Translations under genes and position numbers: made by a program
Shown here: positions 55,198-64,000 of the stretch, in pieces
Position numbering within the stretch: position 1 is the first letter of the stretch
Layout of the letters: each line of letters starts with the position of its first letter
Origin: Candidatus Nomurabacteria bacterium
Lineage (GTDB): Bacteria; Patescibacteriota; Minisyncoccia; Phycocordibacterales; UBA9973
Length of the DNA: 64,000 nt
NCBI GenBank assembly: GCA_016199805.1
Contig: JACQGC010000013.1
Coordinates: 66,327 to 130,326, forward strand
Reading direction: 5' to 3'
Notes under the pieces: model-generated
What the model was told of the DNA's origin: nothing
Database searches by the model: none
The model's input: the letters and a program-made list of their open reading frames with translations, nothing else

Positions 55198-56520
55198 CTA
55201 TTCTCGGGGTCCCGACTCAAGGTCGGGAAAGACTTTTTCGGCAACCTTATAAGCTTCCCCTGCTCCCATCGTTACAAATACGTCTTTGGGACCCAGCTTC
55301 ATCTTGGAAATCCAGTCTTCGGCCACCGTGAAGTCCTCAAAAGCCACAGCTTCACCCCTATGCGCCCGTATTGCCTCGGCCAATTTCGTACTTGAAACCT
55401 CCGGGTCCGGGTTTTCTCGGGCAAAGTATATGGGCAGCAGGAAAACATTGTCCGCTTGGTCGAAACAGGTCACGAACTCATCAAACAGCGCTTTGGTTCT
55501 ACTATAGAGGTGTGGCTGGAAGAGAACCGTGATATTTTTTGTACCTTTGGGGTAAACCTCCCGCAAAGCTTCCAAGCTAGCCCGAACTTCCGTCGGATGA
55601 TGGGCATAGTCGTCGTAAACAATAGTGCCTTCCCTCGTCATCCCCTTTTTCTCGAGCCGGCGCCAGGTGCCTTCAAAACCAGCCAAGGAAATACTGGCCT
55701 GATCTGCCGGAATATTTAAAATTTCAGCTAAAGCCATGGCGCAAGCTGCGTTCATCCTGTTGTGAATACCTGGCACGGACAATTTTGGAACCTTATCCAA
55801 ATAAGCCGTGTAATCCATAATCTTTATATTCTCCCCATAGGTCTGACCTATGGGTAAATCTTTCGGGTTGCAAATCACAAAACTCTTTGTCTGGTTTATG
55901 AGACTACTAAAAGCACTTTGTATGTCTGCTAAGTCTTTATAATAGTCCAAATGGTCTGGCTCCATATTCGTAATAACCAAAACTGTCGGATTTATATTTA
56001 AAAATGATCTTTCATATTCGCAGGCCTCCACCACGAAGTAATTCCCCTTACCCACGACTAAGTTGGATTTGGATTCTTTTAAAAGACTGCCAACGATTAT
56101 CGATGGATCAAGTTTTGCATCCATTAGCATTTTGCCAATCATGGCTGTAGTTGTCGTCTTTCCATGGGTACCCGAAACAGCAATTGTATATTTGTTGTCC
56201 GTCACATAGTGCAACATTTGCGGGTAGCTTTTATATGGAATACTGGAATTTTTAATTTGCTCAAAAAGTTTCGGGTCATAGTGCGGAATGGCAATCGTGT
56301 AAACAATCAAATCCACACCAGCAGGTATTAATTCAAAACCCTGGCCGATAGTTATCTTTATTCCAAGGCCCATCAACTCGCGAGTCAATTCTCCTTCCGA
56401 CATATCAGAACCGGAAACCTCTTTACCCTCCAAAAACATCAACCGGGCAATAGCCGAGATACCAATTCCACCAATCCCCACAAAGAAAACTTTTTTAATT
56501 TTTGATAAATCTAAATTCAT
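55198..56520 (-). CDS. murC: UDP-N-acetylmuramate--L-alanine ligase
   Basis: FVGIGGIGIS, GTHGKTTT, EACEY, DHLDY, DDYAHHPTE, FQPHLYSRT, MGAG. Confidence 0.95.
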   Translation of the reverse strand: MNLDLSKIKKVFFVGIGGIGISAIARLMFLEGKEVSGSDMSEGELTRELMGLGIKITIGQGFELIPAGVDLIVYTIAIPHYDPKLFEQIKNSSIPYKSYPQMLHYVTDNKYTIAVSGTHGKTTTTAMIGKMLMDAKLDPSIIVGSLLKESKSNLVVGKGNYFVVEACEYERSFLNINPTVLVITNMEPDHLDYYKDLADIQSAFSSLINQTKSFVICNPKDLPIGQTYGENIKIMDYTAYLDKVPKLSVPGIHNRMNAACAMALAEILNIPADQASISLAGFEGTWRRLEKKGMTREGTIVYDDYAHHPTEVRASLEALREVYPKGTKNITVLFQPHLYSRTKALFDEFVTCFDQADNVFLLPIYFARENPDPEVSSTKLAEAIRAHRGEAVAFEDFTVAEDWISKMKLGPKDVFVTMGAGEAYKVAEKVFPDLESGPRE

Positions 56521-57041
56521 AAATTTCTTATTTCTTTTAAAATACGATTCGCTATTTGTTCTGGAGCCAGTTCTTCTGAATTAAAAATTGGAACATTTAG
56601 ATGCTTATTTTTAGTATGGATACGATAATTTCTTTCTATGCGAGTTTTGGTAATTTTTGGTTTTCCAATTAGTCCTGGTCTTGCCAAAACCCTTTCCTGA
56701 AGTAAAGACTTCGACGCATATAATTGATATATAAAAATATCAGCACAATATTTTTTAGCTATTTTTTTAAAAGTTTCTATTTGCTCCTTTTTCATTCCTT
56801 GTTCTATAATCACGTTAATACCTTGTTTTAAATATTCCTGTGTCATTGCCAATACTACATTGCGACTAATTTCGTTGTCTGCGGGATTTCTTTTAAAATC
56901 TGACAGAAAACGCTTTATTTTGTCGAGACCAATACAAGATGTACGTTTTAATTTTAAATGTAAAATATTTGCTACGGTGGTTTTTCCTGAACCCATGGGG
57001 CCATCAATTAAAATTATAAAAGATTTATTTTTTAACTTCAT
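56517..57041 (-). CDS. P-loop kinase-like (AAA_33) protein
   Basis: ILIDGPMGSGKTT, GINVIIE. Confidence 0.75.
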   Translation of the reverse strand: MKLKNKSFIILIDGPMGSGKTTVANILHLKLKRTSCIGLDKIKRFLSDFKRNPADNEISRNVVLAMTQEYLKQGINVIIEQGMKKEQIETFKKIAKKYCADIFIYQLYASKSLLQERVLARPGLIGKPKITKTRIERNYRIHTKNKHLNVPIFNSEELAPEQIANRILKEIRNL

Positions 57042-57643
57042 ATTTTTATATTTAATTTTTTAAGCTCATTTTTTAGTTGTTCGACTGATTTAAAGACAAT
57101 TCCGCTTAAACCATACTCTATAGCTTTTTTAATATTATTCTCCCCATCATCTATGAAAATAGCTTCTTCTGGATTAATATTAAACTTTTCTAGCGTTATA
57201 TCAAAGATTTCCTTATTTGGTTTTTTTAATCCAAGCTCCCAAGAAAACGAAACAACATCAAAAATGTTTCTTATATCCCAATTGTCCAACACGACCGATT
57301 CAAAAACTGTAGTGTTTGAAATAAAACCCAATTTGTAATTTTCCTTTAGTTTAAGTAGTAAATCTTTCATACCTGAGAATATTGTTGCTTTTTCAATTCC
57401 TTGTCTCAATAAATTAATAACATATTTTATATTTTCTTCATTTCGTTCAATTTTAAATTCTTTGAGAAAATTTTGAGCCATTTCTTTTTCGGATTTCCAC
57501 TCCTTAAGTTGAATACTAGTTTCATATAAATGCATAAAGTCAGATGTTTTTTCAATTCCAAATTTATCTTGCAGGGATTTAGAAATACTTATGTTTTTTG
57601 TACCTAATGTCTCCCATAAATCAAAAATAATCATCTTTATCAT
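57038..57643 (-). CDS. HAD-superfamily hydrolase
   Basis: IIFDLWETL, ISNT, KKPNKEIF, FIDD...N. Confidence 0.88.
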   Translation of the reverse strand: MIKMIIFDLWETLGTKNISISKSLQDKFGIEKTSDFMHLYETSIQLKEWKSEKEMAQNFLKEFKIERNEENIKYVINLLRQGIEKATIFSGMKDLLLKLKENYKLGFISNTTVFESVVLDNWDIRNIFDVVSFSWELGLKKPNKEIFDITLEKFNINPEEAIFIDDGENNIKKAIEYGLSGIVFKSVEQLKNELKKLNIKI

Positions 57644-57650
57644 ATTATTG

Positions 57651-58211
57651 TTATTTAAAACTAATTACTGTAATCAATCTTTCGGATGTCTTATCTCTGC
57701 GAAAACTCGGTAACGATGTGTCTTCGTATGTATTTCTCGAGTCAAATTCTACACCCTGTGGCAATAAAGACATAATAGCATCTTTAAATAAAAAGGTTAT
57801 TTTTTCTTCATTATACGTGAAGTATTTTTCTCCGAATTTTTCTTGTATTTTATCAAAACAAAAATCTTTCTTGATTTCAAATGAATGCATAAAAGGACCC
57901 ACGAAAACATGTAAATTTTCTTGATTGAATTCCTTGGACATCTTTTCAACTAACCCCAAACAAAGCCCCCGCCAGCCGATATGGGCAATTCCGATTTTCT
58001 CTCCATCGTTGAAACAAATAGGCGCGCAATCGGCTGTTCTCATACCTAGTGAAAACTTTATATTTTTTGTAATTAAAGCGTCACAATTTTTAACATCTTC
58101 TTTGCCTGTAATAATTTCCACTATATTATCACCATGAATTTGCCTAGGTAAAATTATGTCCCTTGGAGCATTTTGTGATTTTGTATAGATAGAAACATTG
58201 ATTTTGTCCAT
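57651..58211 (-). CDS. YfiH/PgeF (laccase-domain) family protein
   Basis: QIHG, CDALIT, TADCAPI, AHIGWRG, VGP, SFRRD. Confidence 0.88.
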   Translation of the reverse strand: MDKINVSIYTKSQNAPRDIILPRQIHGDNIVEIITGKEDVKNCDALITKNIKFSLGMRTADCAPICFNDGEKIGIAHIGWRGLCLGLVEKMSKEFNQENLHVFVGPFMHSFEIKKDFCFDKIQEKFGEKYFTYNEEKITFLFKDAIMSLLPQGVEFDSRNTYEDTSLPSFRRDKTSERLITVISFK

Positions 58212-58212
58212 T

Positions 58213-58788
58213 TTATTTTTCAATTATTTTAAACTCTCCCTCTGCAAGAGCAAAAATTGGCAAATCTTCTTTGTATTTTTTTAATTCCGTAAGAGCTTTC
58301 TTCCATTCGACTTTGTAGTTGGGTGATTGAAAATGAACTATGACCTTAGTGTCAGTCAGACCCAGTCCTTCCTTTATGCAAAGGGATTCAATATCATAAT
58401 AATATTTCGACAGCATATAAGCTCCAGCCGAAGAACCAGCAATGTTTTTACCTTCTAATAATTTCTCCCATCCTTTGTGTTTTAAAAGCCTTTCCAGTAA
58501 AAGTTTCGTTTCCCCACCTCTAAAATAGATTGCATCTGCCCATTTTAATTCCTCAATAAAATTTTCTTCAGTGGCACACTTCATATCTATTTTTGTTTCC
58601 GTTATGTTTGTTTCCATATAGTTTTTATCTTGTAAAAATGACTTCTCCCAATTTTCTCTCGGTCTTGAGAAAAGACATTCTAATAATTTTACCGGTCCTG
58701 GTTTGTTTTCAATTAGAGACATAAAAAATGCCTTTCCTCCATCTTTTGCTTTGTGTGGATATCCACCAGCTAAAATATATTTAATCAT
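58213..58788 (-). CDS. peptidase E (S51)-like class I glutamine amidotransferase fold
   Basis: ADAIYFRGG.T..L, AGSSAGA, GLGL...VIVH. Confidence 0.8.
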   Translation of the reverse strand: MIKYILAGGYPHKAKDGGKAFFMSLIENKPGPVKLLECLFSRPRENWEKSFLQDKNYMETNITETKIDMKCATEENFIEELKWADAIYFRGGETKLLLERLLKHKGWEKLLEGKNIAGSSAGAYMLSKYYYDIESLCIKEGLGLTDTKVIVHFQSPNYKVEWKKALTELKKYKEDLPIFALAEGEFKIIEK

Positions 58789-58789
58789 T

Positions 58790-60124
58790 TTATTTCAAAC
58801 TCTTGATTATTTTCATAAATTGGTCGCCGCGGTCGTATTCGTTTTGAAACATACCAAAAGACGCAAAGGCCAGGGAAAAGAGAATAATATCTTCGCGTGA
58901 GGCAAGACCTAACGCAGTCTTTACTGCATCTTTTAAATCTTTTGCCTTTTCATTCATAATTCGTAATTTATAATTCGTAATTAATTTATCCGTTCCCGTT
59001 CCCGGAATCATTACAACTGCTTTGCAGTATTTATTTACATCCTTCACAAAACCAGCTAAATCCAGCTTTTTGTCTGCCCCACCACAAATTAGGATAATAT
59101 TTTTACCACTGAGGTCTTGCCTCAGTGCCTCAATGCCTGCCATCGTGGCTTCTGGGGTGGTGGCGTTGTTATCATTGTATATTTTTACTCCTTTGACTGT
59201 CTTTATGTATTGTAATCTGCCTTCCAATCCTTTGAAATTTTCTACAGCTTTCCTTATTTTTTCAGCAGGAATTTTAAAAAGCTTTCCTACTTCCACCGCA
59301 CAGGCCAGATTTTCTCTTTGGAATTCTCCGGGAACAATAAATTTGAAATTGCTTACATTCTTTGAATTTGCCATTATTAATTTACTTTTTAAATTTTTTG
59401 GAATTAACTTCTTGACTCCAGAACGGATTATTAACACGTCTCTCTTTTTCTGGTACTTAAAAATATTTGCCTTGTCGGCAAAATAATCTCCCAGGCTATT
59501 TTTATAGTAATTCATATGGTCCGGCATGAAAGATGTGAAAACGGAAATATGCGGAGAAATTTTTGCCTCACCAAATCCTTGCAGCTGCCAGGAGTCCAGC
59601 TCGCATACCAAAATATCACCTTTCTTTACTTTTTTAAGGAGAGGAAGAGTTGCCAGTCCTCTTACGTTTCCGCCAAGATATACTTTTCTTCCCAAGGACT
59701 TCTCGTTTTGCTTTAAAATCTCATAGATTAAGGCTGTGGTCATTGATTTCCCCCTGGTACCCGTTATCCCAATGATTTTTATTTCCGGCGCGCATTTTGC
59801 AAACAAAGACACGTCCATCTCTATCGGAATTTTGTGTTTTTTTGCTTCACTTATATAAATAGAATCAAACGGCACTCCGGCCGCTTTCAAAACCATATCG
59901 CAATTCTGAAAATCTTCCAGCCGGTGCTCACCCAATACATATTTTATATTTTTAAACTTTTTTAATTTATTTAAAGATTCTTTGAGTTGTTCATTTGTTT
60001 TCAAATCGGTAATAGTCAATTTCGCTCCGCATTCAGCCAGAAAAACAGCATCCCCAATACCCCGTCCGAGCAAACCCAACCCCATTATGGTTATCTTTTT
60101 GTTTTTGAAAAAATTTTTATTCAT
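58790..60124 (-). CDS. murD: UDP-N-acetylmuramoyl-L-alanine--D-glutamate ligase
   Basis: GLGLLGRG, GITGTRGKSMT, GGN, ELDSWQL, DHMNY, NDNNAT, LICGG.DK, ASFGMF.NE.DRG. Confidence 0.93.
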   Translation of the reverse strand: MNKNFFKNKKITIMGLGLLGRGIGDAVFLAECGAKLTITDLKTNEQLKESLNKLKKFKNIKYVLGEHRLEDFQNCDMVLKAAGVPFDSIYISEAKKHKIPIEMDVSLFAKCAPEIKIIGITGTRGKSMTTALIYEILKQNEKSLGRKVYLGGNVRGLATLPLLKKVKKGDILVCELDSWQLQGFGEAKISPHISVFTSFMPDHMNYYKNSLGDYFADKANIFKYQKKRDVLIIRSGVKKLIPKNLKSKLIMANSKNVSNFKFIVPGEFQRENLACAVEVGKLFKIPAEKIRKAVENFKGLEGRLQYIKTVKGVKIYNDNNATTPEATMAGIEALRQDLSGKNIILICGGADKKLDLAGFVKDVNKYCKAVVMIPGTGTDKLITNYKLRIMNEKAKDLKDAVKTALGLASREDIILFSLAFASFGMFQNEYDRGDQFMKIIKSLK

Positions 60125-61364
60125 AAAGTTTTTTGAATTCTTCCATATCGTCAAAATGATGCTTTACACCTTTGATTTCCTGATAGTCTTCGTGGCCTTT
60201 GCCGGCGCAGAGTATTATGTCCCCTTTTTGCGCGAGCTTTACGGCTTCGGCTATAGCTTCATACCTGTTGGCATTTGTTTTAACTTTTTTGAAATCTTCT
60301 ATGGATAATCCTTCTTTCATCTGTTCAATTATCTTCTCCGGGTCTTCGCTGCGCGGATTGTCGGAGGTAAAAATAGCAAAGTCCGAAAGGGTTGCTCCTA
60401 TTTTCCCCATGATTTTTCTTTTCATCGGGTCGCGGTCACCCCCACAGCCAAAAACAGAAATTATTTTACTGTTTTCTTTTCTAATCTCCCTTATTGCTAA
60501 AAGAATTTTCTCCAAAGCATCCGGCGTATGCGCGTAATCCACCACTACCAAAACTCCGCTCTCCGAAGTAAAGTGCTGAAATCTGCCCGCCGGGGGTTCT
60601 ATGGTTTCCAAAATCTTATTTACTTTATCCATATCAAAACCCAAGAGCGAGCATGCGCTCCAGACAGAGAGCAGATTGTAAGCGTTAAACTTGCCCAAAA
60701 GTTTCGATTTGATTGGTATATCATTGAAAGAAAGTTCCAGCCCATCAAAATCCAGCTTTTTGATTTCCCCTTGAAACAACACCTCTTCCCCTATCCCAAG
60801 GATAGGGGAAAATCCGTAAGAAAATTTATTGGCTTGTATGCCTTGCAGCATTTTTAGACCGTATTCATCGTCGGCGTTTGTAAGCGCAAAAGCCGGTCTC
60901 GGCAACATTTGAAAAAATTTCTTTTTGGCGGCAAAATAATTCTCGAAGTTTTTGTGATAATCCAGGTGGTCGTGCGTCAGATTGGTAAAAATACCGCCAA
61001 CAAAATTCACTCCCCGAACTCTGCCTTGGTCTAGGGCATGACTGGAGACTTCCATAAAAACATATTCACAACCATTTTCCACCATCTCACTAAAAAGCCT
61101 GGTGAGAGTTATAGAATCGGGAGTGGTGTGTATAGCCGGCTTGGCTTCTTTGACGATAATATTTTCAACAGTGCTCACCAATCCTGCTTTATAGCCGAGC
61201 GCAGTAGCAATCCTATAGAGCAAAGTAGCTGTAGTAGTCTTGCCATTGGTTCCCGTCACACCAACGATTTTCAACTTGCGAGTCGGATGACCGTAATAAT
61301 ACATAGCCCCGACGGATTTACCTCTCCACCAGATTGTTTTCAGTTTTTTGGATATGGATTTCAA
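60117..61364 (-). CDS. murE: UDP-MurNAc-tripeptide ligase MurE
   Basis: GVTGTNGKTT, HTTP, MEVSSH, FTNLTHDHLDYH, DYAHTPD, FGCGGDRD, DNPR, GKGHE. Confidence 0.95.
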   Translation of the reverse strand: MKSISKKLKTIWWRGKSVGAMYYYGHPTRKLKIVGVTGTNGKTTTATLLYRIATALGYKAGLVSTVENIIVKEAKPAIHTTPDSITLTRLFSEMVENGCEYVFMEVSSHALDQGRVRGVNFVGGIFTNLTHDHLDYHKNFENYFAAKKKFFQMLPRPAFALTNADDEYGLKMLQGIQANKFSYGFSPILGIGEEVLFQGEIKKLDFDGLELSFNDIPIKSKLLGKFNAYNLLSVWSACSLLGFDMDKVNKILETIEPPAGRFQHFTSESGVLVVVDYAHTPDALEKILLAIREIRKENSKIISVFGCGGDRDPMKRKIMGKIGATLSDFAIFTSDNPRSEDPEKIIEQMKEGLSIEDFKKVKTNANRYEAIAEAVKLAQKGDIILCAGKGHEDYQEIKGVKHHFDDMEEFKKLYE

Positions 61365-61906
61365 TTTAGTTTTTCTAAAAATTCTTTTAATTGCAAAATG
61401 GGTTTTATTTTTAAATACACGACTTTATGGTCTTCGGCATTTTGTTCCGCCCTAGTCACATTATAACCTTCGGGAATAAATATCCTATCGAAACCATAAC
61501 CCCCATCCCCAGCCGGTTTTTCAGGGATTGTGCCATCCATGCTGCCTTCAAAATAAGCTTCTTTTTCTCCGTCAAAATAGCCAAATACACACCTAGCTGT
61601 CGCAGTTCTGTCTTTGCCATTCAGCAACGAGCAAATATCTTCTTCGGACATCTGCTCCAAAAAATATCTAATGAAAGGGCCCGGCAATCCGCCCAACCCT
61701 TTGAATTCCAGATTGGTATCTTCTACCACCACCGGCTTTTTTATTAAATCATAGGCTTGTCTGACTTTATGTTTTACTATTTTTTTTAAATCAAGAGACT
61801 GAATTTCGTCCAGGTCCACTTTTTGGTGTAAAATCGGAAAATCCAAAAGATTGGCCAAGTATTCTGCCTTTTTCGGGTTCCCGGTAATGTAAGTAATCTC
61901 CTTCAT
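61361..61906 (-). CDS. non-canonical purine NTP pyrophosphatase (HAM1/RdgB family)
   Basis: ITGNPKK, EIQ, VEDT.L...LGGLPGPFI, GYGFD.IF.P. Confidence 0.88.
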   Translation of the reverse strand: MKEITYITGNPKKAEYLANLLDFPILHQKVDLDEIQSLDLKKIVKHKVRQAYDLIKKPVVVEDTNLEFKGLGGLPGPFIRYFLEQMSEEDICSLLNGKDRTATARCVFGYFDGEKEAYFEGSMDGTIPEKPAGDGGYGFDRIFIPEGYNVTRAEQNAEDHKVVYLKIKPILQLKEFLEKLN

Positions 61907-61911
61907 AGTAT

Positions 61912-62136
61912 CTACTCTCCCAAGTATTCAAACCTCGGAACTTTTTTGCCGTTTACTTCCACGTCTTCTACGAACATGGCATATGGACGCACCTGCAGAG
62001 AATAGTCGTCATAAAGTTTCTTGTAAACAACCATTTCCTCGCCTGTTTCCGAATGCCTGGCCACACCCAGAACTTGATATTCCTTTTCTTCACCCTTGAA
62101 ATGTCTATATTTACCCAATTTTATTTGATTTATCAT
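61912..62136 (-). CDS. DUF1653 family protein
   Basis: GKYRHFKG..Y.V...ARHSETGE.MVVY..LY, VRP..MF, PRF. Confidence 0.88.
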   Translation of the reverse strand: MINQIKLGKYRHFKGEEKEYQVLGVARHSETGEEMVVYKKLYDDYSLQVRPYAMFVEDVEVNGKKVPRFEYLGE

Positions 62137-62153
62137 ACAAATTTACAAAATCG

Positions 62154-64000
62154 TTAATTGATAAGCGACTTTCTGTGCTGTGGGGCATTAATCATCCCGC
62201 ACTTTTTCCATTTATATACTTCCCCTGTCGCTGGATTTATGGCTCCGCACGGGCACGGGTCATTTCGGCCGATTTCCTTTCCATTGACCAGGTCTTTCTG
62301 CCCGCCGAGTTCGGTCGGTTCGGTATGACTAGTTACTAAAGTTTCCCCGGAGGAGCTAGCATCTGTTTGTTGCATGTTTGCAACATTGTCGGTATTGATA
62401 GTGGTGATAAAAGAGAAAACTTGTTCTTTGAAATTCTCTTCCATTTCTTTGAACATCATCAGTCCGTCTTTTTTGTATTCTACGATTGGTTCACGCTGTC
62501 CATAGGCGCGTAGATTCACCGAACTGCGCAAGTAATCCATGGCTTCCAGGTGTTCCATCCACAAGGTGTCAGTGGTATACAGAGCGATGCGGCGCACGGT
62601 TTCCAGGAAAGCCTCTTCGCCTATTTTTGTTCTTTTTTCTTCTATTATTTTTTCGGCATTTTCGTGGTCGGCCGAAACCTGGACTAAAAGATTTTCAATC
62701 TCTTCCTTATCTGCGCGGAGCATTTTCTGCCTTCTCTCGTAGATAATCTTACGCTGATGGTTCATGACATCGTCGTATTCCAGCGTGTTTTTACGGGCGT
62801 CAAAATGAAACCCTTCTATTTTGGCCTGCGCGCTTTCCAGGGTGCTGTTTATAAATCTGTTCTCAATCGGCTGGTCTTCCGGTATGCCAAAGCGCCCCAT
62901 CATGTTTTTTATTTTCTCCGAACCGAAAACCCGCATCAGGTCATCGTCCAGCGAAACATAAAACTGCGTGGCTCCCGGGTCGCCCTGCCTACCCGCGCGT
63001 CCGCGGAGCTGGTTGTCTATTCTTCTGGCTTCATGCCTCTCGGTGCCGAGCACAAAAAGCCCGCCGACGGATTTTACAAATTCGTATTCTTCTTTTACGG
63101 TCGGATTGCCGCCGAGCTTTATATCTATTCCGCGGCCAGCCATGTTGGTGGCGATGGTCACTGCCCCGCGCCTGCCTGCTTGCGCGATAATCTCGCCTTC
63201 CTTTTCGTGGTTCTTGGCATTCAATATTACATGCTGCACACCTTCTTGCCTCAAATAAACGGACAGAAGTTCGTTTTTCTCAATAGAAATGGTACCTATG
63301 AGCACAGGCGTGCCGGCTGTGTTTAATTCTTTTACCTTTTTAGCGATAGCTTGAAACTTTCCTTTTTCAGTTTGGAAAATCAAATCTGTCTGGTCGTTGC
63401 GGACCACGGGGCGGTTGGTGGGAATTACAATTACATCCAGCCCGTAAACTTTCAAAAACTCTTCCGCCGAAGTGGCGGCCGTACCGGTCATGCCCGAGAG
63501 CTTTTTATAAAATCGAAAATAGTTTTGGAAAGTAATAGAGCCACTCGAGCGGGATTCTTTTTCAATCTTCACACCTTCTTTGGCTTCTATGGCTTGGTGG
63601 ATACCCTCACTCCAGCGGCGGCCCGGCTGCAGGCGCCCGGTAAACGGGTCAACAATGATAACCTCTCCTTCTTTGACCACATAGTCCCGGTCACGTTCAA
63701 AAATGGCTTGAGCTTTCACGGCTGTTTCCAGGTGATGCACATATTTGATGCCTTTTTCGGTGTAGATGTTTTGAATACCCAAAAGAGACTCCGCTTTGGT
63801 GATGCCTTCATCGGTCAGAGATATGGCTTTCAGCTTTTCATCCACCTCATAGTCAGTATCCCGCTTTAATTGTTTGGCTATTTGGTGAAATCGTACGTAA
63901 AAATCCTCGGAATCCCCGGCTTGCGAGGAAATGATAAGCGGGGTGCGCGCTTCGTCTATCAAAATAGAGTCCACTTCATCCACGACTGCGAAGCTGTGCC
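62154..64000 (-). CDS. secA: preprotein translocase SecA (5' part outside window)
   Basis: DEVDSILIDEARTPLIIS, GMTGTA, ATNMAGRG.DI, RRIDNQLRGRAGRQGDPG, GRNDPCPCG. Confidence 0.98.
   Translation of the reverse strand, partial: HSFAVVDEVDSILIDEARTPLIISSQAGDSEDFYVRFHQIAKQLKRDTDYEVDEKLKAISLTDEGITKAESLLGIQNIYTEKGIKYVHHLETAVKAQAIFERDRDYVVKEGEVIIVDPFTGRLQPGRRWSEGIHQAIEAKEGVKIEKESRSSGSITFQNYFRFYKKLSGMTGTAATSAEEFLKVYGLDVIVIPTNRPVVRNDQTDLIFQTEKGKFQAIAKKVKELNTAGTPVLIGTISIEKNELLSVYLRQEGVQHVILNAKNHEKEGEIIAQAGRRGAVTIATNMAGRGIDIKLGGNPTVKEEYEFVKSVGGLFVLGTERHEARRIDNQLRGRAGRQGDPGATQFYVSLDDDLMRVFGSEKIKNMMGRFGIPEDQPIENRFINSTLESAQAKIEGFHFDARKNTLEYDDVMNHQRKIIYERRQKMLRADKEEIENLLVQVSADHENAEKIIEEKRTKIGEEAFLETVRRIALYTTDTLWMEHLEAMDYLRSSVNLRAYGQREPIVEYKKDGLMMFKEMEENFKEQVFSFITTINTDNVANMQQTDASSSGETLVTSHTEPTELGGQKDLVNGKEIGRNDPCPCGAINPATGEVYKWKKCGMINAPQHRKSLIN

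Noticed and set aside
1-64000. Alternative genetic code (TGA=Gly)
   Set aside because: Conserved genes are full length under code 11, and TGA serves as a stop (e.g. the SPFH, DUF559 and HAD genes).

Overview
This 64-kb window is chromosomal DNA from a reduced-genome bacterium using genetic code 11. Gene content points to Patescibacteria/CPR, Parcubacteria (Nomurabacteria-like); this assignment is inference. The supporting features are short IF-2, AlaRS and L13, six VirB2-like pilins, a VirD4-like ATPase, an FtsA-like plus baseplate-J-like pair, Cys-rich giant proteins and a PaaX/Cas2-like regulator. Housekeeping genes include rsmE, dnaK, grpE, clpB, the infA-rpmJ-rpsM-rpsK-rpsD-rpoA-rplQ-rplM-rpsI block, alaS, a truncated mnmA, mltG, typA, an iscS-like gene, infB, rbfA, gyrA, rpsA, murC/D/E, a partial secA and five tRNAs. 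The most unusual layer is non-coding, with several distinct families of short palindromic elements. (1) A REP-like family clusters around a DUF559 endonuclease gene at 51.6-53.0 kb. Two 51-bp direct repeats there enclose an unannotated 36-aa membrane peptide gene, and an inverted copy carries a nested doublet in its loop. (2) A 71-bp TIR element occurs twice with its core inverted. Each copy abuts a -35 box (dnaK and the alpha operon), and one sits next to the PaaX/Cas2-like gene. (3) Palindromes are inserted in frame in essential proteins (IF-1, IF-2, MnmA, RsmE, MurC/D/E). (4) AAAGTT tandem tracts fill operon junctions. Core genes look largely leaderless, whereas some accessory cassettes carry Shine-Dalgarno sites. 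All family assignments come from motif recognition, not database searches.
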